A stretch of DNA of 64,000 nucleotides, from NCBI RefSeq assembly GCF_032062105.1, contig NW_026932596.1, positions 124,001 to 188,000 of the forward strand, read 5' to 3'. The stretch is from Saccostrea cucullata (taxonomy: Eukaryota). Under the pieces are notes generated by a model. It was given only the letters and a program-made list of their open reading frames with translations. It had not been told where the DNA came from and did no database searches. Position 1 is the stretch's first letter. Each line of letters starts with the position of its first letter. This document shows, piece by piece, positions 13,401 through 23,870 of the stretch. The position numbers and the translations under genes were made by a program.

Positions 13401-16400
13401 TGGTTGTTAAATTTCCATTGAACTAATTAGCATCAGAATAAAATGGCATTTGTTTACATGTACATGTAAGTTGTCATTAACATTAAAACATTGAAAATGT
13501 TTTACTTAATAGAATTCGCTCTTACTGTGTGTCATTTACGATTAAGTACTCTTTCTCAAGATATACTTTTTTCATTGACGATTATTAATTTGGATAATAA
13601 AACATTGCAAATATTGAATATTTTATTAGCATTAATCTATAGATTCTATTTATTTTTTTTCCTTACTCAAACTTGTTTGGGAGAAGTGAACAAGAGCATT
13701 AGAAAGAAGCACACACTTCAAATATTATACATGTAATACTCCTTATATCCAGGAAAAAATACAACTAAGCAAGTTATGCTGCGTACATTCTTAAAAAGAG
13801 ATTTAATTTACATATTCTACCTCACCTTTATTACACATCAATCCTGTCCATCCCGAAACACATCCTTCGACACATTTACCCGTCACGTGATCACATGACC
13901 TTCCACCTTTGCAATGTTCTGAACATCGAAAGTTACACTCCTGACCGTACGATCCGTTAAGGCAAGCTATTTGACGAGAAACATTTAGAAATCGAGTACA
14001 GTTTAATGTATGGAACATCAATTAATTAAATGTAAAGTCAACTTACGTGATTGACACTTTTCTCCCTCCCATCCCGGCTTGCATTTCATACATTTACCAT
14101 TGATAATATCACATAGTTTTCCAAAGCAATTAGTAGGACAATTCATTGTACAACTTTCCCCATACCATCCTGAAGAGCATCCTGTAAAAGAAATATTTTT
14201 TTATTAAATTAGAAAGCAACGAAGAAATAAAATAAAATAAAAAATGACCTCTGCAAAATTACCTCTCACTATCACCTCACACAACTGGGAGATAGACATA
14301 GCTTCATATCCTGTTGGATACTTTATTCCACTAAGCCTTTCATTGTAGTAGATGACATATCGGCCATATCCTGAACAGTTGGTCGTGAAATTTAAGGGAG
14401 GTAACTCTGGTCCGTCTTCGTAGCACAAAAATCCGTCCTCTTTTATAGTTGAATTTGAGAGATAGAGAGAAAATCCAGCAAATCTTCCCCTTTGCCTCAG
14501 GACTAGACAAAGATGGTGTGTGGAAAATTATTAAACTTATATTAAGCGATCAGGTGCAATAAGGAGTGAGCATCCCCAGACGATCGGTCACACACACTGT
14601 GTGTTCCTTGTCATAATCGGGAAATAAATAAAAACTCTTTTGACAATTCAGTTAGTAAATATTGGTCTTACAAAAACTCCAGTCATCATTTGACTCAATA
14701 ATAAATTGTATTTTCTCACAAGGAACATAGAACTTACATTTACAAAATGATAACTATTACGCAGCATTGTTCAGGCTGATAAAAAGAGGACTGAGCCTTA
14801 TTTATACGGGAAAAGTCTACTGTGACGTCACTGTGACGTCACACAAAAATATTACTTTTATGTATTCCTCATAATACCAGAGAATGAAATAATGTGCAGC
14901 TTTCAACTGTATTAGCATAATAAACAACAACAAAACGTATTAATGCATTTAAAAAAGTTACAGATTAAATCCAATGCAGCTGGTAATAAACAAATCATTG
15001 ATCGCGATGAACTTGTCAACACGACGTCATTTTGCGTACAATGACATTTCATATGCTGTGAGAGGCAGATTGAGGGATTTTTTAACAATGAAAATTGCGT
15101 TTTATTATTAAACAGAATATTATTTATAGGTTTTAAATAGACTATTAAGGTTCATTGATACTCTGACAAGAGGGATAACTCTTAATGACATAAATATCTA
15201 TTATTCCTTTATAAATTTGCCAAGTTGAATTGCCTTTTTTGTCAAATTAAATACCGCAAGCTATGTTATAATTGTTTGCATTTAACTTATAAAATACATT
15301 TCTTTTGGAAAATCATTATGGTTCACGCAACATTTTATATAAGTGAGCAGAGGGTTTTTGAACCTTAATATCAATGTTTATTAGGCTATTAATACCAATG
15401 CTTATCCTTTGTTTAGTGGGATTATTCAGTAAGTTCGAGAGAATGTATTTAATTAATTTTGTCATGTTTTTATGTACAGGTTAGGTATATTTTACATCAA
15501 GATGCCTCATTAAATCGTTCTTTCGCAAGAGCATACACTATATAGATCTAAACCCTTTTTTGAATATAAATAAAGGACATTTTCCTTTCCTTAACTTGAA
15601 AGGTGCTGCTGCTTTCTTTCAACGAGAGCGTGACTTGATAAGTACACAAAGTATTTGGTAAAAGTCAGGCATGTTTCGACATGGGCCTATTTACCTGAAT
15701 TTGAACTATTAAAACTATTAATATGCGAATTTTGTTCAAAGCAGCAGCACTTTCCAAAAAGTAATAAGTATGCATAAACAATTAACAGCTGAATTTTTAA
15801 TTTCAACTAGGGTATGCCCTGCGATATTGAATTTTTTTTAATGACCTACATTCAGTACACATACTATGCATTCATTACGTGAATGTTCATCGATGGGATC
15901 AAACTTTATACAATACAGAGTGGGTAATACTATGCTATTTTTATAAGTATTTGAGTTTTGTGATAATATATCAGCTATATAAAAATAAATTCAGTTTTAA
16001 TAAACATTCCCGATTTTGCACTTCTACTTTTTTTTAATTTCTCTTAGTAAGCCTTAACAGTGCTGCGTAATGAGACTGCTGATATTCCTGTTTCATCAAC
16101 TTATTTTTCAAAAGTTAACCTCGTTTTCAGATATTGTGCACATAAAGATCATGCTTCTGCGTATTTATTCAACTGAGAGATATGTACCCCGTATACAAGG
16201 GACGAAGGAAAATTGTTGCATAAGTAAGGGAAGTTGAAGATTGATAAGTTAAAGTCAGCATGTTTTCCATAAAGCCTGGTTGAAAGATTACCATGCATGA
16301 AGCAGAATTTAGCTTAATTTTTACGAATAAAATTTAGTGACATCTTTTTAAGGAAAAAGGTGGGTTAGAGTACAAATCCTGCCCTTTGATATTCTTAAAA

Positions 16401-19400
16401 AAATGCATCTGATGTGAAAAATCTAAATCTGAATCATTGAATTGCTCATAGAGAAATCATGCAAATCATTTTCCTACATGCATTTTTGAAAGCTAATTGC
16501 GAAACTAAAAATGCTGTGTGCATTTTGTTGTATTTTCTTATAAACAGAAAACTACTAAGCACAATAAAACTAGAACCGTACCTTTTTCATAAACACATAG
16601 TATAAAAAAAAATTAAATTTGCTTCATAGACTGAAATTGGATAATTCAGTGAATTTCAAGTTGCGTGAACTGTTTCTATTAATAAATGGCATGTGTAAAC
16701 TACATGTAAACTTGATTTGCGTAAAAAGATTCACCAGTTTTAATATTTTTTTCCATTACAATTTATCGCCAATATTTTATCGTATGTTAACTGTACCAAG
16801 ATCTATGGAGGAACACTACAAGTCTTGGTTGAAACATATAGATATCTTAGCTTGTTACTTTTCATCGGATGAAGTTGTATTCATTGATTAATTGGATTTT
16901 AATTATGTAAAGAATGGTTTAACAAATTAACACGCCTGTACTTTTCAAAATCAATAATAAAAATTTCATTATTTATCAGAAATTTTATAAAAATGTTAAT
17001 ATTTTTCAAAATTTAAGTTTTCAAAACTACACAAATAACGCATAAGTTAACAAATGCACAAGATCTATAAGTTTTTTTCTTTCCTTGAAAGACTGCCGTT
17101 TGGTATCTTTTCTTTTTTTAAATCTTGGCTCTAGAATTAAGGAAAATGATACGCTTAAATCAAGATTTAAATGCTGTTTTAAAATGTTCTAGAATTTAAT
17201 CACCCATAAATCAAAATGAATATCAATATTTTATCTAAAAAGTGTTGTTATCTGCACATGGAAAGGTTAACTTAAAAATAATTATTCACACTTAACTTAG
17301 AATTCTTTATATTTACATTTTCAATGCTTGAATTCACCAGAAAAATATAGTCAATATTTGTATTTCTCGAAGTCCAATATCGTTATACTTTTACTAACAT
17401 TGCTGTAGCCTCATTGTGACGTCACGTTAACGCGCGTTTCTCCGTGTATCTTTCCACCCATGAGTACACACGAAAATGGTATTGAAATCAATTTCATAAT
17501 AGGCTTAGTAGAAAAACACAGCGAATGTAAATACAATATACTTTTAAAAAATAATAATAATTCTGCAATTTTGTTTTATGTTATTGTATAAAAATGGTAA
17601 GGTGGGAAAAAATCTCTTAGATATAATATTATCAAAATAATGATACTTGAGCAAAAAATAGTGCTTTTAAATGAAATGTCAAAAGTGGAACATAGAGACA
17701 TTTTTTTTCTGTTTTACTACATTTAAAAAAATGAATAAACAGGATGATGCTAGAAAATTCAACAAATTAGCGATATGATTACTAAATTGAATACTTAAAC
17801 TTGCCATAAACTTCACCCATGTCCAGAAACTGTATCCTAATGCTGTATACACTGGAGATATTACCCAGATCCACGTACCACCAAGCCCTATCACTTTTAC
17901 TACTACTAGAACCAAATGTATCAGTCATCGCACAAGTTGCAGGATTCCCATCTACAGCCATAGCTGCCTCAGAACCAATCCTACTCATAGTTGTACTTTG
18001 AAATGCCGGTTGATTGTGAGATAAAACATCTAGATTGTTAAAGATGTAAAGAATATTAAAGTATATTTATAGAATTAAAATTTAATTATGCCTAATACAT
18101 TTTCAATTATTTTGAATAATAGTATTACGATACATTCTTTAAATATGCCAGCATGTATATGCTTTACCTTTTTGATAAATTCATTCTAAGTCATTCTAAA
18201 CTGATTGCCTTCATTGGCTATAAAATATATACATCTACGATGTTTTTTTTTTACTCTACATGCCAAAACATATGGTCATCCAATCAAATGATACAAACGA
18301 CCTTTTATCAGAAGTTTTGAAAAACTTGTCATGTTTATTTGAATGAAATATATAAGATAAACTGTATAAGTTTCCATTTTCTGTCAAAATTTCACATTTA
18401 CTCGATATAATGTGACACAAATAATCAATCGATTAAAAGGAATGGCGGCTGGAGAAAGGTGGAATCTTTAATACCGAAGAAAGATTACATTTAGTCAATA
18501 TTTAGAAATTAATTTCGCATCATATTCAACAAAATCTGGTAAAAAAAAATTGAAATCTCACAGTATTTTAGAAATAAGTACGTCGTCATTACACGGAATT
18601 AAGCTCAAAAGGTATTATATCAATCCAAACATCTCGTTTTTTCTTTGTATCACCTGTCCTTTCATATGAGTAAAACTCATTGATTTCTCTTTACAGAAGA
18701 TATAACTGTAGTCACATGACAAATAATCATACTTTTTTATAAAAAATGATGAAGTCCTTAATAAGTTTTTTAAAAGTTTTATATGCTTGTGATAAAAAGA
18801 AATAATTTAATTCTGTTTTTATTCTGGTCTCTCATTGGTTGATCACCAAAAAGGAACGCAAATTATTTCTTAATAACCTGGTTTGGTATGGGAACACACC
18901 CCCTTGACAACCAGCTGAATCAAGTGTATCCATACCATCCCCCCATTTCCAGTCCTTGGAATTCATGGGAGTTTCAAGATTTATTAAAAGTACCTTTAAC
19001 TTCAAACGTAGCTCGATCTTACCTCGTGTACATAAACATCATGGCTGCTAGATCGGTATATCGGTTATTACCTCCCCTTGTTTCATATCACTTCCGTTAC
19101 TAGGGATGTATTATTGAGCGGCAAATTTGAACTCATAAAAAGCAACACAATTTTACACCCACAGTTGTTTAATTATTTTAAAATTAAATTATAAGGAATG
19201 ACTCTAATTCTTGGCCAAATTATTCGATGATAACCTGGTTTGGGTCAGTTTACGCTATTTTATAATCCGCTTCGCGGATTATAAAGCGTAAACTGACCCA
19301 AACCAGGTTATCATCGAATAATTTGGCCAAGAATTAGAGTCATTCCTTAAATAACCGAAATAACCGAAAGTTTTTTTTTTTAAACTTTACTTCCCGTCAG

Positions 19401-21856
19401 GAACTGCTGTTTGTCAACAAGGTTTTTGGTCTATGTTTTCCATGTAAGGATTGTAGTAATAAACTATTAAATCAATCTTATAATTAATTTTTATATATTA
19501 TCTATGTAATGACATACTTTTATTGTTAAAGATAATATGTGCCTGTTTCGGATGAAGCGGCTTTAAACTATTGTCAGTGGGTTAACATAAATTAGGGAAA
19601 AAAATTAAATATAGGAAGCATATAAAAAATAACTGATATATCCTTAAAAAAATAAAGAAAATTAGGGTTAGCCAATATTCATGTTAGTTTACAATTATTT
19701 TATATATCAATGAGTTAAATCATCTCATAGTTACCAAATAAAAGTAACTTTTTTATGCAAAAAGAACAATCTTTTGATAAAGAAGTTGACATCGAATATT
19801 GGTAAATGTTAAGTGAAAAGATGATGACCTTGACCTGTGACCTTGCCTCTAATATAAAACGGTCAAATTTAATCAGACTGATACCATCACTAAGTAATAT
19901 TGTCTTTTTTATTTTGTCTTTCTTTTTTTTATTGACTTTTTACCCACCCACCCATCTACTTTCTTTTTAACATATTTAAATAAAGTAATGGCTCTCCTCA
20001 CTTTTCATGTCTTTTAAAACAAGAGGCCCAAGGATGCTTCTTCCAGAATTGTGAATTTTATGGCCACCGGGTCAGGGGTTCTGGTGTTAGGGCGGGGCTC
20101 TATTAATTACAAAGTGAAAATACATTAAATCTTTGAAAATTTTCTTCTATGCTCCTGGGTATTAAGCAGATGAAATACCTATATAGTTATGATGAACAGA
20201 GCCCTAATAAGGCTCCGGAATCAAGGGGTATCATGGTGGGGGGCTGTACTAATATACTGAAAATGAATGAATTATTAGAAAAATGCTTTTTGGTATTAAC
20301 TAAATATGTATGAAAAGCAAAGATGCCTTTTCAAAAATTGTGCAATGTGTCGATCTTGGCCTAATGGTCAGGGGTTCATGTGTGGTAGGGGCACTACCTA
20401 TTATTGCTGAATATTACTGATTAGTTGAAATGCATTTTTTGTTCCCTACCCTGGTAGAGGCACTCTTGCTCATCATAACTATGTACCTAGTTTGTTTACT
20501 TAATACCCAGGAGCAGAGAAAAAGATTTTCAAAGGGATAATGCATTTTCACTTCTTACTTATTAAACCCCGCCCTAGCACTAGAACCCCTGACCCCAGGG
20601 TCATGAAATTCACAAATTTTGTAGAAGACTCAATGCTGATTACAATCATGCATACAGTTTGACTGCTTGATGTCCGGGAGTAAAGAAGAAGATATTTTAG
20701 TGGTTTTGGCCAAACCCCTCGGGCCCCAGGGGGCAGGGATCATAAAATTCACAATTTTTGTTCTCCCTTACTTATAGATACTTTGCGCAAAATTTGGTTG
20801 AAATTGGTTCAGTGGTTGCAGAGAAGAAGCTTCAAATGTTCAAATGTTAAAGCACTACGCACAACGACGGATGAAAATGGATAGCTAACGAGGAAAGGGT
20901 ATTGCGTGATATCTGAAAAATGAAAAACAGTTTAAAATTCTTTAATCCTTTCATTTTTATCACTTCCATTTTTAAATAAAATTTATAATGCCAATACGTT
21001 CGCGTAAAAACGCAAAAAATGTCAATGTTTTGAAACTGCCCCTATTTCGCTACAAGCAAGGCAACTTTAAGGTAACGATGTTTCAATCCCGTTTTTTTTT
21101 TTTAGCATGGTTTATACAAATATATATCGAAAATAAAACTAAAGGGAAGTAGTAATTTCTCTTAACTTCAAATTAAAGCGGCCTCGTTAAAATCGTCTAC
21201 TAACTTTTTTCATCAAAATTATTAATTTCTATTTATTTCTGGAAATATTTTTTCTTTTTATCTTATCAAAATCTTAATATCTCTCTCAAATCTAAGATTT
21301 TTTTATGATCTTATGGACCGTAATTTCTTAAAGGAATATTTTTCTTTTTAATTAATGGGTATGTTAACTAAATATAAGTGCTCTACTTTAAAGTGATTGA
21401 AAAGAAATTTCCATCACTACATTGAAAAGCGTTAATACGTGACATTTGTATTTATTCTTAGGACTGAATGTAATGAATAGACTAATAAAAATGTATTTTT
21501 TTTAAAACCATAATTAACAGAGCATAATTCAGGTTTAATGTCTTGTTTTATACGTTTTCAAATACCATTCTTTACAAAAGTTCCACTTGTCCTATATACA
21601 AAATGCTTTATAACAGCATTCATGTATCTTATCATGCCGCATGTGCCAATATAATGGTTTAATGATAAGATTAAAAAAAAAAGATTGCCTTAATTCATGC
21701 AATAATTTTTCATTTTCCTAATTGTAAGGCTAATTAAATGAAACACAAAAATAAGCACAAACCGTATCTATATGAATGATTAATTCCGATAAGAACACAT
21801 AGCATCCACAGACTGACCATGTTTGATAAAATCATATTGATATTCCACGCCGACAT
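1293..21856 (-). CDS. Receptor-type protein tyrosine phosphatase with F5/8C (F-type-lectin-like) and six MEGF10-like EGF repeats; 18 coding exons in the window, 3' part continues beyond the left edge
   Basis: Manually joined exons keep one frame with matching phases: 21763-21856, 17805-18029, 14263-14502, 14047-14181, 13826-13966, 9565-9705, 9242-9382, 8513-8644, 7964-8101, 7652-7772, 7419-7507, 6498-6667, 6234-6321, 6050-6123, 5742-5778, 5449-5546, 4659-4787, 1293-1438. PTP motifs KNRY, [23 protein letters not shown], KCxQYWP, WPDHGVP and VHCS are present. Confidence 0.92.
2748..2963. mobile_element. TA-flanked MITE (Tc1/mariner-type)
   Basis: TA|ctgttgattcc ... ggaatctacag|TA, with internal tcgcg repeats. 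Confidence 0.75.
4659..4787 (-). CDS. RPTP exon 17 (KCxQYWP)
   Basis: IKCTQYWPNLNDKMQHGNF...RRFKVYNNM; tag/gtaaga. Confidence 0.92.
5449..5546 (-). CDS. RPTP exon 16 (DFWRMIWQE)
   Basis: [32 protein letters not shown]; 98 bp. Confidence 0.92.
5742..5778 (-). CDS. RPTP exon 15 (YIATQG)
   Basis: DTQSNRKYIATQG; 37-bp exon typical of RPTPs; tag/gtaact. Confidence 0.9.
6050..6123 (-). CDS. RPTP exon 14 (DYINA motif; donor reads GG, not GT)
   Basis: YNHSRAVLKTNSPNENDYINANYIE followed by ggaagt. Confidence 0.85.
6234..6321 (-). CDS. RPTP exon 13 (KNRY motif)
   Basis: EIPRGELFPCDEAKKPENKPKNRYTTTFP; 88 bp, a size typical of this RPTP D1 exon. Confidence 0.92.
6498..6667 (-). CDS. RPTP exon 12 (juxtamembrane/wedge region)
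   Basis: ...RGPPTNKTVLTRNLQAIIAKMSAAENAGFKHEYH; ttttag/gtatga; phase 1-0. Confidence 0.85.
7419..7507 (-). CDS. RPTP exon 11 (basic juxtamembrane segment)
   Basis: LRRRIHKETSRASVSIQMSPVASQKQQAE; stop-transfer basic residues; phase 2-1. Confidence 0.8.
7652..7772 (-). CDS. RPTP exon 10 (transmembrane helix)
   Basis: LTIGAVLGAFTFVIILLALLALFMR; phase 1-2. Confidence 0.88.
7964..8101 (-). CDS. RPTP exon 9 (EGF-like 6)
   Basis: CPDNKYGEDCIHSCSSNCVNGTCDRFNGSCTQGCKGTFYGDIC; tag/gtgagt. Confidence 0.9.
8513..8644 (-). CDS. RPTP exon 8 (EGF-like 5)
   Basis: CSLKHYGKNCSSLCSLKCAGTCRHTDGFCTCSLGWMDSPNC; 132 bp. Confidence 0.88.
8740..9204. mobile_element. Non-autonomous TIR element with TTAA-like flanks (Kolobok-like?)
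   Basis: gggtgttaaga ... tcttaacaccc inverted ends; flanks taaa/ttaa. Confidence 0.5.
9242..9382 (-). CDS. RPTP exon 7 (EGF-like 4)
   Basis: CTPGWFGEGCKESCSGHCADKAVCNYLNGICPHGCANGYTGQNC; 141 bp. Confidence 0.9.
9565..9705 (-). CDS. RPTP exon 6 (EGF-like 3)
   Basis: CDKGRYGLNCSSTCSGHCLYDKPCNKETGHCDSGCSVGYTGDLC; cag/gtaagt. Confidence 0.9.
10770..13039. mobile_element. Helitron/Helentron-like non-autonomous element (HINE) with ~160-bp internal tandem array
   Basis: Starts aaccagagg; ~4 diverged units (gtgtagtctacttgtgtgccaa...tgaaatcagaccaaaactgtaggaggagtagcattttaaaag...gtaaccacggcaac) at ~10960-11665; terminal hairpin agctcttctggtct-a-agaccagaagagct (13006-13034) followed by an A-run. Confidence 0.6.
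11668..12970. mobile_element. Foldback (long-TIR) non-autonomous DNA transposon with GAG...CTC ends (Sola-like?)
   Basis: Nested inverted blocks across the whole element, e.g. cgcaagtgagttaaggct/agccttaactcacttgcg, ggcgcaagggcat/atgcccttgcgcc and attgctgcacaaat/atttgtgcagcaat; no clean TSD. Confidence 0.65.
13826..13966 (-). CDS. RPTP exon 5 (EGF-like 2)
   Basis: CLNGSYGQECNFRCSEHCKGGRSCDHVTGKCVEGCVSGWTGLMC; 141 bp, phase 1-1. Confidence 0.9.
14047..14181 (-). CDS. RPTP exon 4 (EGF-like 1)
   Basis: CSSGWYGESCTMNCPTNCFGKLCDIINGKCMKCKPGWEGEKC; cag/gtaagt. Confidence 0.9.
14263..14502 (-). CDS. RPTP exon 3 (C-half of F5/8C-like domain)
   Basis: LRQRGRFAGFSLYLSNS...LCYEDGPELPPLNFTTNC..YGRYVIYYNER...LCEVIVRG; 240 bp, ag/gt, phase 1-1. 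Confidence 0.9.
14545..16260 (-). mobile_element. Penelope-like 3' fragment split by a TA-MITE
   Basis: gatcaggtgcaataaggagtgagcatcccc at 14549; continuation after 16067 with tcaactgagagatatgtaccccgtatac (AYGVYISQL-like). Confidence 0.6.
14760..16067. mobile_element. 1.3-kb TA-flanked non-autonomous DNA transposon
   Basis: TA|cgcagcattgttcaggct ... agccttaacagtgctgcg|TA. Confidence 0.8.
17805..18029 (-). CDS. RPTP exon 2 (N-half of F5/8C / F-type lectin-like domain)
   Basis: VLSHNQPAFQSTT...AVDGNPATCAMT...AWWYVDLG...IRIQF; ag acceptor; 225 bp; probable GC donor. Confidence 0.85.
18792..19354. mobile_element. Non-autonomous element with a short left IR and a 158-nt terminal palindrome (Crypton-like, tentative)
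   Basis: aagaaataattt/aaattatttctt IR at left; ataacctggtttgg shared between the left end and the hairpin; near-perfect hairpin 19192-19349. Confidence 0.55.
20019..20888. mobile_element. HINE carrying Cg170-like (~166 bp) satellite monomers
   Basis: acaagaggccc start; monomers with gaacccctgaccccaggggtcatgaaattcac; gacgacgg microsatellite-like end. Confidence 0.7.
21763..21856 (-). CDS. RPTP exon 1 (putative signal peptide)
   Basis: MSAWNINMILSNMVSLWMLCVLIGINHSYRY followed by a phase-1 GT donor (G|gtttgt) that joins in frame to exon 2 (Y-D-VLSHNQPAFQS). Confidence 0.6.
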
Positions 21857-22491
21857 GCAAAAATGTAAAGAAAAATAAAGAAAAAACGAAATCACTTATA
21901 AGGAAAAAAAATATGTATGGAGGACAATATTGGGAACAAGTACATGAAAGAAGTGTGATCCAGAAAAAAAACGTTATATGCCGGTTTAAATCGAAGTGGA
22001 TCTATTGAGCAAGGTGACAGATTGTGAAATATGTTCTTGTGTTAAATATCTATAACTCTTTATTTTACGAAATCTGTAATGTCTGTGGAAACCAGGTTTT
22101 CCAAAATTCTGTCACAAATAAAAAAAAAAGGACTCAAACCTATCATTTATTGAGGGTCATGATTATACATGACTGATATGCAGACTATATTTGAATACAT
22201 CTACTGAAGAACATTCTTGCCTTCAAAGTAACAACATCGATGTTTTTTTTTGTTTTCTTTTTTGTTTTTTTTTTCTTTTTTTTTTGGGTGGGGGGTGGGG
22301 GTGGGGGGGGGGAAGTATTCCTTTCAACGGATGAGATGAATTGTCGATGTATTTTGAGAGGATTCGTTTGTTAATATGCTAGGGAGTAGAATTTATTTAT
22401 ATCTTACAGTTACATGCTTTACTTTATTTGCCTACATATAGAATTTCTAAAGTCTTATCCTCCAGCGTTCTTCATCTTACAACTATAGTCC

Positions 22492-22747
22492 CAGCCACGT
22501 AACATCGATTTTGAAAGTGAAGGGGCCAGAGAAAGAAAATCCTATTTCGTGGTGGGGAGGGGGGAGTTGTAGAGGCAAACTTTTTTCAATGCCAACTTCT
22601 TTCAGTACCATTTTTTTAATACTACAATTTCCTCAACATAGAAAGTCGGGGAAGGGCCAACCAACCTTTCAATGAACATTTTCTATAGTACATGTATTAG
22701 TAATGTTGGGAAAAAAACTGGGGGGGGGGGCTGTTGCTACGTGCTTG
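22492..22747. mobile_element. Short MITE
   Basis: cagccacgtaaca ... tgttgctacgtgcttg imperfect TIRs flanked by agtcc on both sides. Confidence 0.5.
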
Positions 22748-23371
22748 AGTCCCGCTGGATACATCACTATTTGTGACACTAGGTAACAGATCCAGGCCTA
22801 TTCTAACACTCTTTGTGAGATTTACCAGAACATATACAGCTAAAGTATAAACATTATACCCCCTCCCCAAAAAAAAGAACTACATTAACCACGTGTACAG
22901 TAACCATTGCAGTAGATGTTTTCCCTATCACAACGCAGGCGTCTTGACTTTTCTTTGAATCTTCCTCTTTAATCTTTTTGTCAACCTTTGCAAGTCAGTG
23001 CGGTAAAAGACTTTCACATTTACGAAAAAAAAATCTCTTTGCACCGTTAATCTGGGTCAACCAGCGCAAGAAGCTTTTTCCCCTTTATAACATTATGAAT
23101 TTTATGGGACAATGTCTTACAATGAAATTATCCATACTTTGGCAATGCTGGAACGAACCAATCGTATCCGGTAGAATTTAAAGGTTGTAAATATTTACAG
23201 GTAAGTTACAAACGAGCGCTCTGCTGACAACTGGAGATAACTCTTACGAATGTGAAATGCGTCTATAGCATTACTCATGATTCCATACAAGCTCTCCCTA
23301 ACACTACTTAGTATCACTCATTATATGGCGGCCCATGTCGCTATTAAAGAAAAGATATGAGCTAAGGAATA

Positions 23372-23582
23372 CTGTAAACCCACTTTTATTCGCGTGCGAT
23401 AAATTTTCGCGAGGTTAGTGAGAGCCTCGTCATTGCGAATATTTCTCGCCGCGAACCGGTCCTGAAAGTTGTATCAACAACAGATACAGAACAGGTTTGA
23501 TCGCGCAAAATAATCGTCGCGAACGAGTGTACCCACGTTAAAACCTGAAATAAAGTCGTCGCGAATAAAAGTTGGTTTACAG
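23372..23582. mobile_element. TA-flanked MITE (Tc1/mariner-type)
   Basis: TA|ctgtaaacccacttttattcgcg ... cgcgaataaaagttggtttacag|TA. Confidence 0.85.
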
Positions 23583-23630
23583 TACATGGAATTGGCAAAC
23601 TTATGTTGTTACATGTAGAAAGTGATCCAA

Positions 23631-23870
23631 AGAGGGTCGTTCAATAAATAATGCAACATGTCATCTAAAAATATGAAAAAGTACATAAAACATATTCTTA
23701 CTAGTTTCAATCCTTCAAGGTATTCTTTATTACCCTTTAAACATACATGTTTAAAATGTCTTTGTATTCATGCACAGAAAACCTCAGCATACTCATCTTT
23801 AGGGATGCCCCAAAATCACTGACGAATATCATATCCCATGATATTTTTGACATTGTACAATCTTCCTTTC
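23631..23870 (-). mobile_element. Mariner transposon 3'-end relic
   Basis: TIR-like gagggtcgttcaataaataatgcaac; minus-strand remnant GIPKDEYAEVF..(W)IQR...EYLEGL resembles a mariner transposase C-terminus. Confidence 0.55.

Noticed and set aside
22900-23220. Possible minus-strand coding relic or upstream exon of the RPTP gene
   Set aside because: No consistent frame or splice sites, and no recognisable motif.
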